Of a stretch of DNA of 63,317 nucleotides, positions 54,897-63,317 are shown piece after piece. The stretch spans positions 1 through 63,317 of the forward strand of contig JBCDCU010000002.1 in assembly GCA_039181265.1 (NCBI GenBank), in the 5' to 3' direction. A model generated the notes under the pieces. That model had not been told where the DNA came from. It saw only the letters and a program-made list of their open reading frames with translations, and did not search any database. The stretch comes from Pseudomonadota bacterium (lineage in GTDB: Bacteria; Pseudomonadota; Alphaproteobacteria; Rhizobiales; JACESI01). Numbering within the stretch: the first letter of the stretch is position 1; every line of letters starts with the position of its first letter. The translations under genes were made by a program, and so were the position numbers.

Positions 54897-55105
54897 TAAG
54901 GACACCCGAGATACTCAAACCAGGTTCGTCCAGCCGTTTTATAAAGCCACTTCGCGGAAACGGCATTTATCTCGCAAACCGACTCATCGTCCATGAATCG
55001 GCTAGGAGGCTGAGTTACAAAGTAATTCGATCCATGTATCGGATCGGAGAACGAGAAGAGGTCTTTTTCGACTTCGATCTTATAAGGACACCCCAATGGA
55101 ATCAT
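54827..55105 (-). CDS. Possible hypothetical protein (92 aa)
   Basis: The ORF lies immediately downstream of 55167-55472 on the same strand. Its 3' end overlaps the convergent repeat-protein gene by 70 nt, and its SD is weak. Confidence 0.3.
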   Translation of the reverse strand: MIPLGCPYKIEVEKDLFSFSDPIHGSNYFVTQPPSRFMDDESVCEINAVSAKWLYKTAGRTWFEYLGCPYYRRMQAFRRFVNGLLHSHRFPE

Positions 55106-55166
55106 TGGGCTCTTTCACGCGAAAACCTCTTAACTAACGCTCACAATCTTCAAACGTTTGTATATT

Positions 55167-55472
55167 CTATACTGGCTTTCCGCGCGCCGATCGAGCTACG
55201 ATTTCACAAGCGAGCAAATGTAAATCATGATTAAAGCCAAAATCGACATGATAAAGTGACTGCTCGACTATTGATACCAGGGTGACATCTAACGGATTTA
55301 CGTAAAGTCCATTCTTCAGAAGGTCATAATCAGGATCAGCGTCATACACTTTCCATCCAAGAGCTCCACTTCCGACCATAGCGTCGGTCAGTTCCCCGGT
55401 TTGAAAGTGACGCCAATCGAGAAAGTCTCTTTGGCCGACATAGACGCAATATTTCTGCGGCTTCATATCCAT
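55167..55472 (-). CDS. Hypothetical protein (101 aa)
   Basis: The ATG is preceded by GGGGAG. I recognise no domain. It lies in the AT-rich block. Confidence 0.55.
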   Translation of the reverse strand: MDMKPQKYCVYVGQRDFLDWRHFQTGELTDAMVGSGALGWKVYDADPDYDLLKNGLYVNPLDVTLVSIVEQSLYHVDFGFNHDLHLLACEIVARSARGKPV

Positions 55473-55948
55473 TGTATACTCCCCGAACTATAGGCGTCGT
55501 TGAAGCCAAAAGTTTCTCACCGTCCCCAAGACTGCGGACGATTGATTGATCGTTTCAAAATGCCTGATAGAAAAACCTTGTAGGTCAACTTACTCTATTA
55601 AACGATGTTTAACAAACAGAAAGAAAATTATGATGCGAGATAAAATATCGTCGGCATTAGAATCAAATTCAGTGATGTAAGACTATCCTACCAAGAGACA
55701 TTTGGTCGCAATTCAGCCTTTTCCAGGTGGAAGTTTAACGGAAGAAAAGGCCGCAATGCTTACTCAATAGGAGCGCACTAGGCATTAACACTCTAGCGCC
55801 GCATTCTTCTATAGCCTAGATTGGCTCACTTACTGTCGAAAACTTCTCCGACTGTGAGAGGTCCCGGCTTTTGTAGTCGCGCCGCAGCGCCTTTGCAGGA
55901 GTCCCGGACTGCTATCTTGTTCCATGATATTCGATGTAGGAGAAAGTT

Positions 55949-56197
55949 GTGAGCCAACAGAGCAGTAGAATAGCGACCTTGATGAAAGAGGCTGTCATCG
56001 CATCGGAAGTTTATTATTTCCATAAAGGCAAGCCTTCACCAAGGAATGAATTTATCCTGACTTCAGGTTCGTTTAATCGGCTTAAGCTGGAAAAAGACCT
56101 GATCTGCAGTATCGATGGCGTTTGGGAGTATCTAAAAGTGCCTGTCCGCATCGATAACAGCGTGGATGAATGGCAATTGCGGGAAATACCGGCTTAA
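55949..56197 (+). CDS. Hypothetical protein (82 aa)
   Basis: The GTG start is preceded by a strong SD (TAGGAGAAAG). I recognise no domain. It lies in the AT-rich block. Confidence 0.45.
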   Translation: MSQQSSRIATLMKEAVIASEVYYFHKGKPSPRNEFILTSGSFNRLKLEKDLICSIDGVWEYLKVPVRIDNSVDEWQLREIPA

Positions 56198-56728
56198 AAG
56201 ATGAATCGCAGCAGGCCCGGACTAGTCCATGACCTGAGTCTCGGCGACGCGCCAGAGGAGAGATGTTCCAGGTAACAGGAACACCCGCAAAGCGCATGCT
56301 ACGACAACTCGAACTCAAACTCTGAATGACAGTTTACGGAAAGCCGTCGTTCAATAAATTTGCTCGAAGATCTGTAAAAGCCAAATCCCGGTCGCATAGT
56401 GCAATTCGCCTACACAGGTGAAGCGGTCGATTTGCCGACAATAAAACAAACGACGATGCGGTATGTGCGTAGTGGAATGTTTTGCTGTTGTGGTACTTGG
56501 AATTACATGAAAAGACATTGGTAATACCAGTGTAATCAGCATACCTAGCACGGAATTACTGTCTACCTTATCAATTATTGATCCAATAAATCCGCGCTAA
56601 TATGTCGCTAATCTCACTTATATGTTAACAACTTCTGGTTGATACTTACGAAAATCAACTTATGTGCTAATAGTCAAAGAGGCTGGCTAGTCACCTCACC
56701 AAGGAATAACATAACCAGCCCCTTCTTT

Positions 56729-56760
56729 AGGCCTTGCTCATTATGTGCAAGGCCTTTTTT
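56729..56760 (+). terminator. Rho-independent terminator with no upstream ORF (orphan)
   Basis: A 9-bp stem pairs AGGCCTTGC with GCAAGGCCT around a 9-nt loop, followed by TTTTT. No plus-strand ORF of 60 aa or more lies in the preceding ~530 nt. Confidence 0.65.
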
Positions 56761-57305
56761 AGATGGATTGCCGTACGGAAAATGAAACAGGAATACGGCG
56801 CAGGTCGTATGCGTTTTTTCCATGCTTGGCAGAGTTCTTAGGCTACTAGATATAGTGGTTTCCAGAAAGCCGGTTTTTGTGTTTTGTCACCGCAAAAACC
56901 GATAATACAACAATATCAAACTGCTTATGACCGGTTTCCAACCGTATTTTGCCATTGGGCAAACGACTGCAATGGGCGCTTTGCTGGCATTCCGGCACGT
57001 TCCAGCAACCGCGTCTTTCGCCCCGACAAGAAGATCGGCAATCTAAAGCGGGTTCATCCAATCCACCATCAACGGATGGGCCTCTTGATTGCAGGAGCGA
57101 AACGTCATGGGCAAGACGTCAAAGTGCGCCAAGGCGGGGCTGGACGATTGTTCGGTTCTCGTCGTGAAAGGTCTGGGACGGGCGAGGGGAACGGCTGAAT
57201 TGAGCCCATAGTTACAGATTTTTGAAATAGCTCGAATGTCGGCTTCATGGGTCTTGTAGATCTCAGGATGACCGTTAATCATTGATAACGAACACAGTCA
57301 GACGA

Positions 57306-58190
57306 ATGCTCTGGATAATCCTCACTATTTCGGCCGCCGGTGCACAAACAGTCCGGAATGCGCTTCAGCGCGGGCTTACCGATACCATTGGAGCGCTCGG
57401 CGCTGCACATGCTCGTTTTCTATATGGCCTGCCTTTCGCACTTGGATTTGTAGGTTTGCTTTGGCTGACCGGAAGGCCTCCGGCGATACCAACTGTCAAC
57501 ATGATTGGTTGGGCAGCACTCGGTGGTTTTGCTCAAATCGGCGCTACGGCGTGCTTACTCGCGGCAATGCGCACAAGCAGCTTTGTACTTGTTGTGGCGT
57601 ACACCAAAACGGAGCCGGTGCTGGTTTTGCTCGCAGCTTGGTTGATTATCGGCGAAGCCCCAACCGTCATTCAGGCCGTTGCAATCATAGTTGCGACCTT
57701 TGGTGTGATGCTGATGGGATGGCCGACGCAAATGAGACATAGCTTTGTATCCAGTCGTTCAGCGACCCTGGGGCTATGTTCCGGCGCATTGTTCGCAATT
57801 TCTGCGGTTTCCTTTCGTGAGGGAATAATCAGCCTTAACCATCCAGAATTTGTAACGGCTGCGACAACGACATTGGCAGTTGTGCTGACATTGCAAACAC
57901 TAGTGCTCTCTGCTTGGCTATTGTTGATGCAACCGTCCACGATGAAGGCTCTCATCGCCAAACCGACTTCAACACTCCCGGCTGGATTCTGCGGAGCGGC
58001 AGCGTCAGCTCTTTGGTTTTTGGCCTTCGCGCTTGCTCCAGCACCGTTGGTGCGGACTGTCGGCCTTGTCGAAATCGCATTTAGCCAATTGCTAGGACAG
58101 CGCCTGTTTGCTGAAAAGATGTCACTACGCGAGGGTTGTGGCGCGCTGTTGGTGACATGCGGGATTGTCGGTGTTCTGCTCGGCGCTTAA
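57306..58190 (+). CDS. DMT-superfamily (EamA-like) transporter
   Basis: It has about 10 predicted TM segments and the two-EamA-repeat look. I prefer the ATG at 57306 over the listed TTG at 57282. Confidence 0.8.
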   Translation: MLWIILTISAAGAQTVRNALQRGLTDTIGALGAAHARFLYGLPFALGFVGLLWLTGRPPAIPTVNMIGWAALGGFAQIGATACLLAAMRTSSFVLVVAYTKTEPVLVLLAAWLIIGEAPTVIQAVAIIVATFGVMLMGWPTQMRHSFVSSRSATLGLCSGALFAISAVSFREGIISLNHPEFVTAATTTLAVVLTLQTLVLSAWLLLMQPSTMKALIAKPTSTLPAGFCGAAASALWFLAFALAPAPLVRTVGLVEIAFSQLLGQRLFAEKMSLREGCGALLVTCGIVGVLLGA

Positions 58191-58285
58191 CGAAACATCA
58201 GCTTTCTGTTTTGTTATGCAAGCTGTCAAACGGATGGCTTGAGTGAGTTCAAACAAAACACCTCAAAACCAAATAGAAAAATCTA

Positions 58286-58561
58286 GTGACAATCAAATCA
58301 ATCGTTGCAGTTGCTGTCGCCGTTGCTCTTTCAACGAGCGCATTTGCTGCGTCTGTGGATACTGCTTCTGCAGGTGAGCGTACGAAAGCGAAATCAACAG
58401 GTATGGCACTCCAGGCAAAGCCTGATCGCGGTGCCCACCAGACAACAAGCGGCTCGCCGTCCAGCGGCGACCTTCCAAACTGGACGCTTGCTTGCTACGC
58501 TGAATTCGGTCCGGATGCAAAGTACCCGGATGCAGATCTTCTTGAGAAATGCGTGAACTAG
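58286..58561 (+). CDS. Small secreted hypothetical protein (91 aa)
   Basis: The signal peptide MTIKSIVAVAVAVALSTSAFAAS is clear. The start is GTG with no clear SD. Confidence 0.55.
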   Translation: MTIKSIVAVAVAVALSTSAFAASVDTASAGERTKAKSTGMALQAKPDRGAHQTTSGSPSSGDLPNWTLACYAEFGPDAKYPDADLLEKCVN

Positions 58562-58690
58562 TAAGGTAATCAATTTTGACGACCAGAATAGATTTTGTGC
58601 GGCGAACGGATTGTGCGATCGCACTCAGACATTCTTGAATTTCTGCAAAACTTAAGGCGATTGCGCGAACCGCCGTCCATTTATAGTCAA

Positions 58691-58727
58691 AAGGCTGTAC
58701 CTGTTTTTAGGGTGCAGCCTTTGTTTT
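58691..58727 (+). terminator. Rho-independent terminator
   Basis: An 11-bp stem (one G-U) pairs AAGGCTGTACC with GGTGCAGCCTT around an 8-nt loop, followed by TGTTTTG. It lies 130 nt after the 58561 stop. Confidence 0.6.
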
Positions 58728-58830
58728 GCCCAAACCGCTTTCAATTTTACAATTGATACAGTCGCCAACAAACTACAGATACGAGGCGCTCCTACTTGGA
58801 AGCTATAGCTAACCAAAAAGGAGAAACGCT

Positions 58831-59280
58831 ATGCTCAAAAAAGGTATCACGATGGCTGGTTTGCTCGCTGTCGTTACTGTCACAACCGCTTCTGCCGGCA
58901 CCATTCTCGCCCCTCAAAAGGGCGGTAATGGTGGCATTCTTCCACCGCAAGAAAAACAGTTCCAGGTGGTTGAAGCCCAGCTCGCCATTAAGAGCCCGAC
59001 CAGTTACAGCTGCCCTAGCAGCGCTAAAATTTCAGGCTGGATCATGACGAACAAGCCTGGAGCCTTTCAGTATATGATTGCGAAGAAAGCAGGTGGCGTT
59101 ATTGGGCCCTTTAACGCGGTTTCCAAAAAACGCCCGAATGGTCTTCATATGGCAACTTTTTCAAGGAAGCTCCAAGTTCACAAGCCAATCGAGGCGGAAT
59201 ACCGGATTTTGGTGACCAATAAATATGGACAAACCTTGAGCAATTGGGCACCCTTGAACGCCTATTGCGCCAAGTTCTAA
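58831..59280 (+). CDS. Secreted hypothetical protein (149 aa)
   Basis: The SD is AAAGGAGAAACGCT and the signal peptide is MLKKGITMAGLLAVVTVTTASAG. I recognise no domain. Confidence 0.7.
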   Translation: MLKKGITMAGLLAVVTVTTASAGTILAPQKGGNGGILPPQEKQFQVVEAQLAIKSPTSYSCPSSAKISGWIMTNKPGAFQYMIAKKAGGVIGPFNAVSKKRPNGLHMATFSRKLQVHKPIEAEYRILVTNKYGQTLSNWAPLNAYCAKF

Positions 59281-59484
59281 ATTGGAAGGCCTGAAGAATG
59301 CCTCCCACATTGCCAAAATCCTCACCCTAAACTTTTGGGGTGGGGATTTTGTTTTCGGGGGCTGGACGATGGAAAACGCCTCATCCAAATCCAAGTCCAC
59401 GCAAGCTGCGGACAATTTCAGGTTTGCTGGGATTTGGTTCAATCTTGCGGCGAATGCGCGAGATACGAAGATCGATGGCGCGTG

Positions 59485-59762
59485 CCGGACATGAGCTGGA
59501 CGTGCGGGATATGACAACAACGCCATGGACGCCTGATCTCTTGCGTCCCTTCTTTGGCAAGCGGTTCGTCACCCAGTGGTTCAACCTGTCTTTGCCGCGC
59601 GTGAAATCGGGAGAGGTGAAAGCCGATACGTTAAGCGCTGATCAGGCCCTGGACGTCCTTTGCGCCGATCCGCTTTTGATCCGCCGCCCGCTCTTGAAAG
59701 TTGGCGACGAACATGAGGTCGGCTTTGAAATGGATCTCACCGAAACGAAAAAGGGATCGTGA
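59485..59762 (+). pseudogene. 5'-truncated relic of an ArsC-family gene (copy 2 of the 255-bp duplication)
   Basis: It encodes GHELDVRDMTTTPWTPDLLRPFFGKRFVTQWFNLSLPRVKSGEVKADTLSADQALDVLCADPLLIRRPLLKVGDEHEVGFEMDL, which matches residues ~26-110 of the 49878-50303 product. The N-terminal 25 aa, including the Cys motif, and the native C-terminus are missing. The 3' end overlaps the tonB stop. Confidence 0.75.
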
Positions 59763-60714
59763 AAGAAAGCTGCCGACTTGACGCTCCGCTTGGCGGTTTG
59801 CCGAACGGGGCGGCGCGCTTTACAGCGCGCATGGCGGCACTGTCGACCTTTTTGTCACCACTTGAGCTGACGACACGCGCGGTGGACATGCCGCCGGATT
59901 TCGTCAAGCGGAACGCAATCACCACACGCCCTTCGCCGACACGGCCCGGTTTTTTGGAGAGGATCCGGGCGCGGACCTTTCGTGCGTAAGCGTTCATTTC
60001 GCCCTTACGGGCCTTGCTCTTACCGCCACCACCGGCTCTCGCGCCTGCCTGCCCATCACGATTGGATCCTTGCCGGGCCGCCTGCCGTTTCGGTGGGGTC
60101 TTTGCTTTCCGGACTGTCTTCTTAGGTTTTGGTTTCGCCTCAGTGACCTTTTTGCGTGGCGGTTCTTTTGGGATAGCCTTGACCGGTTCAAGAACGCGCT
60201 CAGGCTTGACGGGTTTCGGGGGAAGTGCAGCCAATCTCTGTAAAGGCTTCGCTTCCGTCACCCGCTCCACCTTCTTTGCAGGCGTTTCCTGTTTGGGCGG
60301 CTCCTGTGGGGTGTCAACTGCGGTCACCGGCACGACCGGTGCTGCGCTGATTGCGGTCAAGCGTTGCACCCGTGTTGGCTGTTGAACCGGTTCGATCCTG
60401 TCGGGCTGCGGTGGGACTGCTTCCGCGACCTCGGAGGGCGCAATACGCGGTGTCACCGCGCTCACCGTTTCCAACGAGACCGGCTGGACTTCATTCAGGA
60501 CAGGTGCAGAAACTTCCTGCACCGGTGTTTCTTTTTCGGCTTCCTGAAGGGTCTTACTGCCGAGAACGCTCGCAACGCTGCCGGAAACGGACACAAGGCT
60601 TCCCGCAGGCGGGCTTTCTTCGCCATCACGAACCGCATCGAACCCGAAGAAGAGTGCAGCGTGAAAGCCGACCGCAACCAGACCTGCGAAAGACCAACGC
60701 ATTGCGCTTATCAT
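59737..60714 (-). CDS. tonB: TonB-family energy transducer
   Basis: It has an N-terminal TM segment, a long Pro/Lys/Glu-rich spacer (PPKPVKPERVLEPVKAIPKEPPRKK) and a C-terminal TonB domain (GRVVIAFRLTKSGGMSTARVVSSSGDKKVDSAAMRAVKRAAPF). Confidence 0.85.
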   Translation of the reverse strand: MISAMRWSFAGLVAVGFHAALFFGFDAVRDGEESPPAGSLVSVSGSVASVLGSKTLQEAEKETPVQEVSAPVLNEVQPVSLETVSAVTPRIAPSEVAEAVPPQPDRIEPVQQPTRVQRLTAISAAPVVPVTAVDTPQEPPKQETPAKKVERVTEAKPLQRLAALPPKPVKPERVLEPVKAIPKEPPRKKVTEAKPKPKKTVRKAKTPPKRQAARQGSNRDGQAGARAGGGGKSKARKGEMNAYARKVRARILSKKPGRVGEGRVVIAFRLTKSGGMSTARVVSSSGDKKVDSAAMRAVKRAAPFGKPPSGASSRQLSFTIPFSFR

Positions 60715-61118
60715 CGTCCGCCTCCGCGCTGGGTCATGATCGAAACATCCGTGACATCAAGGGCTCTCAAGGCTTCTATTACTTTCAGCGTTTCTATTGC
60801 ATCGGCCCTATGGTCGGCAATCAGAATGAAAGGTTGGTCTGACGAAAACTGCTCAGGATCGGCCACAGCCGTTTCGAGATCTTCGAACGCAATGATGGTC
60901 CCGTCGAACACCAGTGCGCCCTCGGCATCCATGATGAGATGACCGCGCGCCAGTGACGGGGATGTTTCTTCATCGAGGGTTACGAGTTCGAGATCGGGAT
61001 GAGAGAAAGGACGGAGCGTTCCGGCCACCAGAAAGAAGATCAGGATCAGAAAAACAATGTTGATGAGCGGCGTCAGATCCGCTTCTTTGCGCGATGATCT
61101 TTGCGGTTGAAGGCGCAT
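60711..61118 (-). CDS. exbD: ExbD/TolR-family biopolymer transport protein
   Basis: ADLTPLINIVFLILIFFLV is the typical N-terminal TM segment. The protein is 135 aa, and the gene overlaps tonB by 4 nt. Confidence 0.9.
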   Translation of the reverse strand: MRLQPQRSSRKEADLTPLINIVFLILIFFLVAGTLRPFSHPDLELVTLDEETSPSLARGHLIMDAEGALVFDGTIIAFEDLETAVADPEQFSSDQPFILIADHRADAIETLKVIEALRALDVTDVSIMTQRGGGR

Positions 61119-61120
61119 CG

Positions 61121-61507
61121 CTATCGCACCACCCGGATCGTTTTGAAAGCGTGCGACCGCACTGTTGCAAGCGTCGTGACGAGATCTTCAACCTTGGTTC
61201 CGGTTCGCATCACAAGGACAATCGTTTCCCCTCCCTCGGCCTTGATTGCGGCAAGACGTTCATTGAACTCTTCTGGAAGCACCGACGCGCCGTTTACCCG
61301 CAATGCGCCCTCCTGGTCGACATGGATTAAAACCACATCGGATGGTTCTACGGAGACGGTTCCAGCACCGCCTGCTTCAACGCTGAAGGAGGAAAAGCGC
61401 AGAAACGTCGAACTCAGCATGAAGAAGACAAGCAGAAGAAACACGACGTCAATCAACGGCGTGAGTGACATGATCCGTCTTGGTGGGCGCGTGTCACTCA
61501 GCTGCAT
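61121..61507 (-). CDS. exbD: ExbD/TolR-family biopolymer transport protein (second copy)
   Basis: The internal ATG at 61507 gives MQLSDTRPPRRIMSLTPLIDVVFLLLVFFML. The listed upstream 48 codons overlap exbB and are rejected. Confidence 0.85.
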   Translation of the reverse strand: MQLSDTRPPRRIMSLTPLIDVVFLLLVFFMLSSTFLRFSSFSVEAGGAGTVSVEPSDVVLIHVDQEGALRVNGASVLPEEFNERLAAIKAEGGETIVLVMRTGTKVEDLVTTLATVRSHAFKTIRVVR

Positions 61508-62207
61508 AGGCGCTTCCCATAACAGCTTGTGGTTCGCTTGGCTGGCGGTCTGCTGCGGCAAAGATGTCGGTAAGGCCAGCCTCAAGCAATTCCTGTTCGC
61601 GTTGAAGGCGCCCGTCGAGCCAATAGAGCGCAAAGGACGCTGGGATCGCAATGGCGAGACCGGCTGCCGTTGTCATCAGCGCGACCCAGATGCCGCCTGC
61701 CAGGGCCGCCGGATCCGTGTCAGCGCCCGCGGCCTGTAGCTCCTGAAAGGCGCCCATCATTCCGATGACAGTCCCGAATAGACCGATCAAAGGTGCGAGC
61801 TGGGCTGCGGATTCAAGCACCCTGAGATTGCCCCGGAGAGCTGACAAATGCTTTTGAGCATCCTTTTCAGCCTGATCCTCACTGTGCGGGTTGCGACCAT
61901 CATTGGAGAGGCGCCCGATGACTGCGGCAAAGACCGAAGGACGCCCGGATTTATAGGCTGACAGTGCCTGAAGTGCTTCCGCCGCCTGTCCGTTCGACCA
62001 GAGCCGAATTGCCTGTTGGCTGCGCTCATGGTTCCACCCGACACTGTGCCAGGTGAACTGCACAACCTTGTAAACGAGCACGGTCATCGCGGCGATAGAA
62101 AGCCCGAGCAGAAGGAGCATGACAAGCGCACCGCCATAATCGACGAGGGCCGCCAAACCCGATACGCCAACGCCTTCCGGCAAAAACCCCGCAATCAAGT
62201 CTGGCAT
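61494..62207 (-). CDS. exbB: ExbB/MotA/TolQ-family proton channel protein
   Basis: It has three TM segments and the conserved LAPLIGLFGTVIGMMGAF motif. Confidence 0.9.
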   Translation of the reverse strand: MPDLIAGFLPEGVGVSGLAALVDYGGALVMLLLLGLSIAAMTVLVYKVVQFTWHSVGWNHERSQQAIRLWSNGQAAEALQALSAYKSGRPSVFAAVIGRLSNDGRNPHSEDQAEKDAQKHLSALRGNLRVLESAAQLAPLIGLFGTVIGMMGAFQELQAAGADTDPAALAGGIWVALMTTAAGLAIAIPASFALYWLDGRLQREQELLEAGLTDIFAAADRQPSEPQAVMGSAYAAE

Positions 62208-62216
62208 GAAGCGCTC

Positions 62217-62651
62217 CTAGTAAACGAGGTCCACGCCAGCCCGCGACCGAGTTTCGGTTGCGTTGAGGCAGGTTTCAGCAGAAAGATCGCCACCGTCACA
62301 AACGGTGATTGTGTTGAGCATCATCCGGCCAATGCCGGTGCAGTCAGTCTCTGGCAGATCGAACTGGGACACGCGCGACTTGTTTTCCGGAAATGCTCCG
62401 GTCGCTATGCTTAAAAGCTGCGTGATCCGCTCATCGCTATCGAAGAGCACAATCTCGAATTCCAGGCTCTTCAAACTGCTTTTCAGCTTGTTCTGAACAA
62501 GAAAGCTCGCCCGGCAGGCGGTGCCGTTCGGCTGAAGATTGTTGAGTTCGATGATGAGGCTCGGGTCAGCTTCTTCGGCAGATTGAGCCGCCTGCCCAAC
62601 AAATAGAAAGGGCAGGGCGGTACCCAGGATTAAGAGCTTGCGAATGGTCAT
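62217..62651 (-). CDS. Hypothetical periplasmic protein, first gene of the exbB-exbD-exbD-tonB cluster
   Basis: It has a signal peptide (MTIRKLLILGTALPFLFVGQAAQSA) and is 144 aa. I recognise no domain. Confidence 0.65.
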   Translation of the reverse strand: MTIRKLLILGTALPFLFVGQAAQSAEEADPSLIIELNNLQPNGTACRASFLVQNKLKSSLKSLEFEIVLFDSDERITQLLSIATGAFPENKSRVSQFDLPETDCTGIGRMMLNTITVCDGGDLSAETCLNATETRSRAGVDLVY

Positions 62652-62662
62652 CGTCCGATACC

Positions 62663-63317
62663 CTAGATCCGTTCTTTGGCTACTTCGCGCAGCTTTGATT
62701 CAAAGCCTCTGAACATGCTTGCCATAATTTCAGTGACTTCTGCACCTGCTTTTTCAGGCGTACCGGCATTCAGCGGAGGTGTCGGGTCGTATTCGGCGAG
62801 GAGCTGGATCGACTTCGCATAGGTGGTGTCGCGTTGTTGCTCGACGATGGAAAGCCCGAAATCGAGCCCCGCCGTAACGCCTGCGCCGGTAATGCGGTTG
62901 CGATCGACGACGACGCGTTCATTGACGGGTTCAGCCCCAAAAAGCGGCAGTAGGTCGCGGCAAACCCAGTGACCGGTCGCCTTGTATCCGTCGAGGAGCC
63001 CGGCCTGGCCGAGGAGAAGGGAACCGGTGCAGACACTTGTCACATACTCAGCGCGCGCGCCGCGGTCCTGAAGGAATGAAAGGGTTTCTTCATCCTGCAT
63101 GGCGTCAAGTGCGCCGCTGATTGCGCCTGGCGCGAAGAGGATGGTGAGGTCCTTTGGGCATTCTTCAAAGGTGGTGTCGGCGACAATCGCAAGATTGAGG
63201 TCGCTCATGACCGGTCCTTTTTCCTTTGCAACAAGGCGGACCTTGGCGCCCCAGAGGCTGCCGAACATGTAATGCGGTCCGACAAGATCGAGGGCTGTAA
63301 AACCCGGATAAAGAAGC
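62663..63317 (-). CDS. DJ-1/PfpI-family protein, 5' end outside the window
   Basis: The nucleophile elbow is present (SVCTGSLLLGQAGLL). The reading frame stays open to the window edge (…LLYPGFTALDLVGPHYMFGSLWGAKV…), so the listed ATG at 63268 is internal. Confidence 0.85.
   Translation of the reverse strand, partial: LLYPGFTALDLVGPHYMFGSLWGAKVRLVAKEKGPVMSDLNLAIVADTTFEECPKDLTILFAPGAISGALDAMQDEETLSFLQDRGARAEYVTSVCTGSLLLGQAGLLDGYKATGHWVCRDLLPLFGAEPVNERVVVDRNRITGAGVTAGLDFGLSIVEQQRDTTYAKSIQLLAEYDPTPPLNAGTPEKAGAEVTEIMASMFRGFESKLREVAKERI

Noticed and set aside
50206-59484. Interpreting the block between the 255-bp repeats as an integrase-mobilised genomic island.
   Set aside because: The block has no integrase, excisionase, tRNA or transposase. 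The repeat is internal to the gene rather than its 3' end. The left half of the block (LysE, helicase, cspA) looks compositionally native. It is reported only as a duplication or rearrangement scar.
1-63317. CRISPR arrays, rRNA genes, IS elements or transposases, prophage genes and classical defence genes (restriction enzymes, nucleases, Abi, TA pairs).
   Set aside because: I found none on reading both strands and the ORF translations. There are no short regularly spaced repeats and no DDE, tyrosine or serine recombinase motifs.

Overview
This is a 63.3-kb window from a high-GC replicon that looks alphaproteobacterial and Rhizobiales-like. That placement is an inference from gene content: an Omp25/RopB-type porin, BetC, a TonB-ExbB-ExbD cluster, and many LysR/TetR/AraC/HxlR regulators. 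No rRNA gene, genuine tRNA gene, CRISPR array, transposase or integrase was seen. Most of the window is an accessory patchwork of transport and catabolic operons. These include a cyanate-type ABC transporter with cynS, and a LacI-controlled ABC importer with a metallophosphoesterase. There are also orphan MttB and BetC genes, an MCP, and a DEAD-box helicase with cspA. By eye, GC drops at about 15.5-16.2 kb, about 30.5-43 kb and about 53.8-59.3 kb.

Four things stand out.
1. A 1469-aa ORF (5869-10278) has no family I can name. It has no signal peptide, a glycine-zipper-like low-complexity core between two well-formed sequence blocks, and an internal OmpA-like peptidoglycan-binding module. It lies next to two secreted serine proteases (a tandem-S1+PDZ protein and an S8 subtilase) and an autotransporter. 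The 4.9-kb segment carrying it is bracketed by a 94-bp direct repeat (88/94 identical) that duplicates the promoter and first 8 codons of the S8 gene, so it looks like an inserted cassette. This is my best candidate for an undescribed system.
2. There is a complete RtcR / Ro60 (Rsr) / Y-RNA / RtcB RNA-repair module. The 522-nt rsr-rtcB spacer contains two paralogous Y-RNA-like stems with compensatory substitutions. One of them encloses a circularly permuted tRNA-like domain. rtcA is absent.
3. Both AAA+ enhancer-binding-type regulators in the window (RtcR and a PAS-AAA+ protein next to the cyn operon) have a degenerate GAFTGA loop, and I found no -24/-12 promoter at their targets.
4. A 255-bp segment (243/255 identical) of an ArsC-family gene recurs 9.5 kb away as a truncated pseudogene. 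The two copies bracket a block that ends in an AT-rich, gene-poor stretch with orphan secreted proteins, including a 7x Cys-rich repeat protein.

All identities and coordinates were derived by hand from the sequence. No database search was run.
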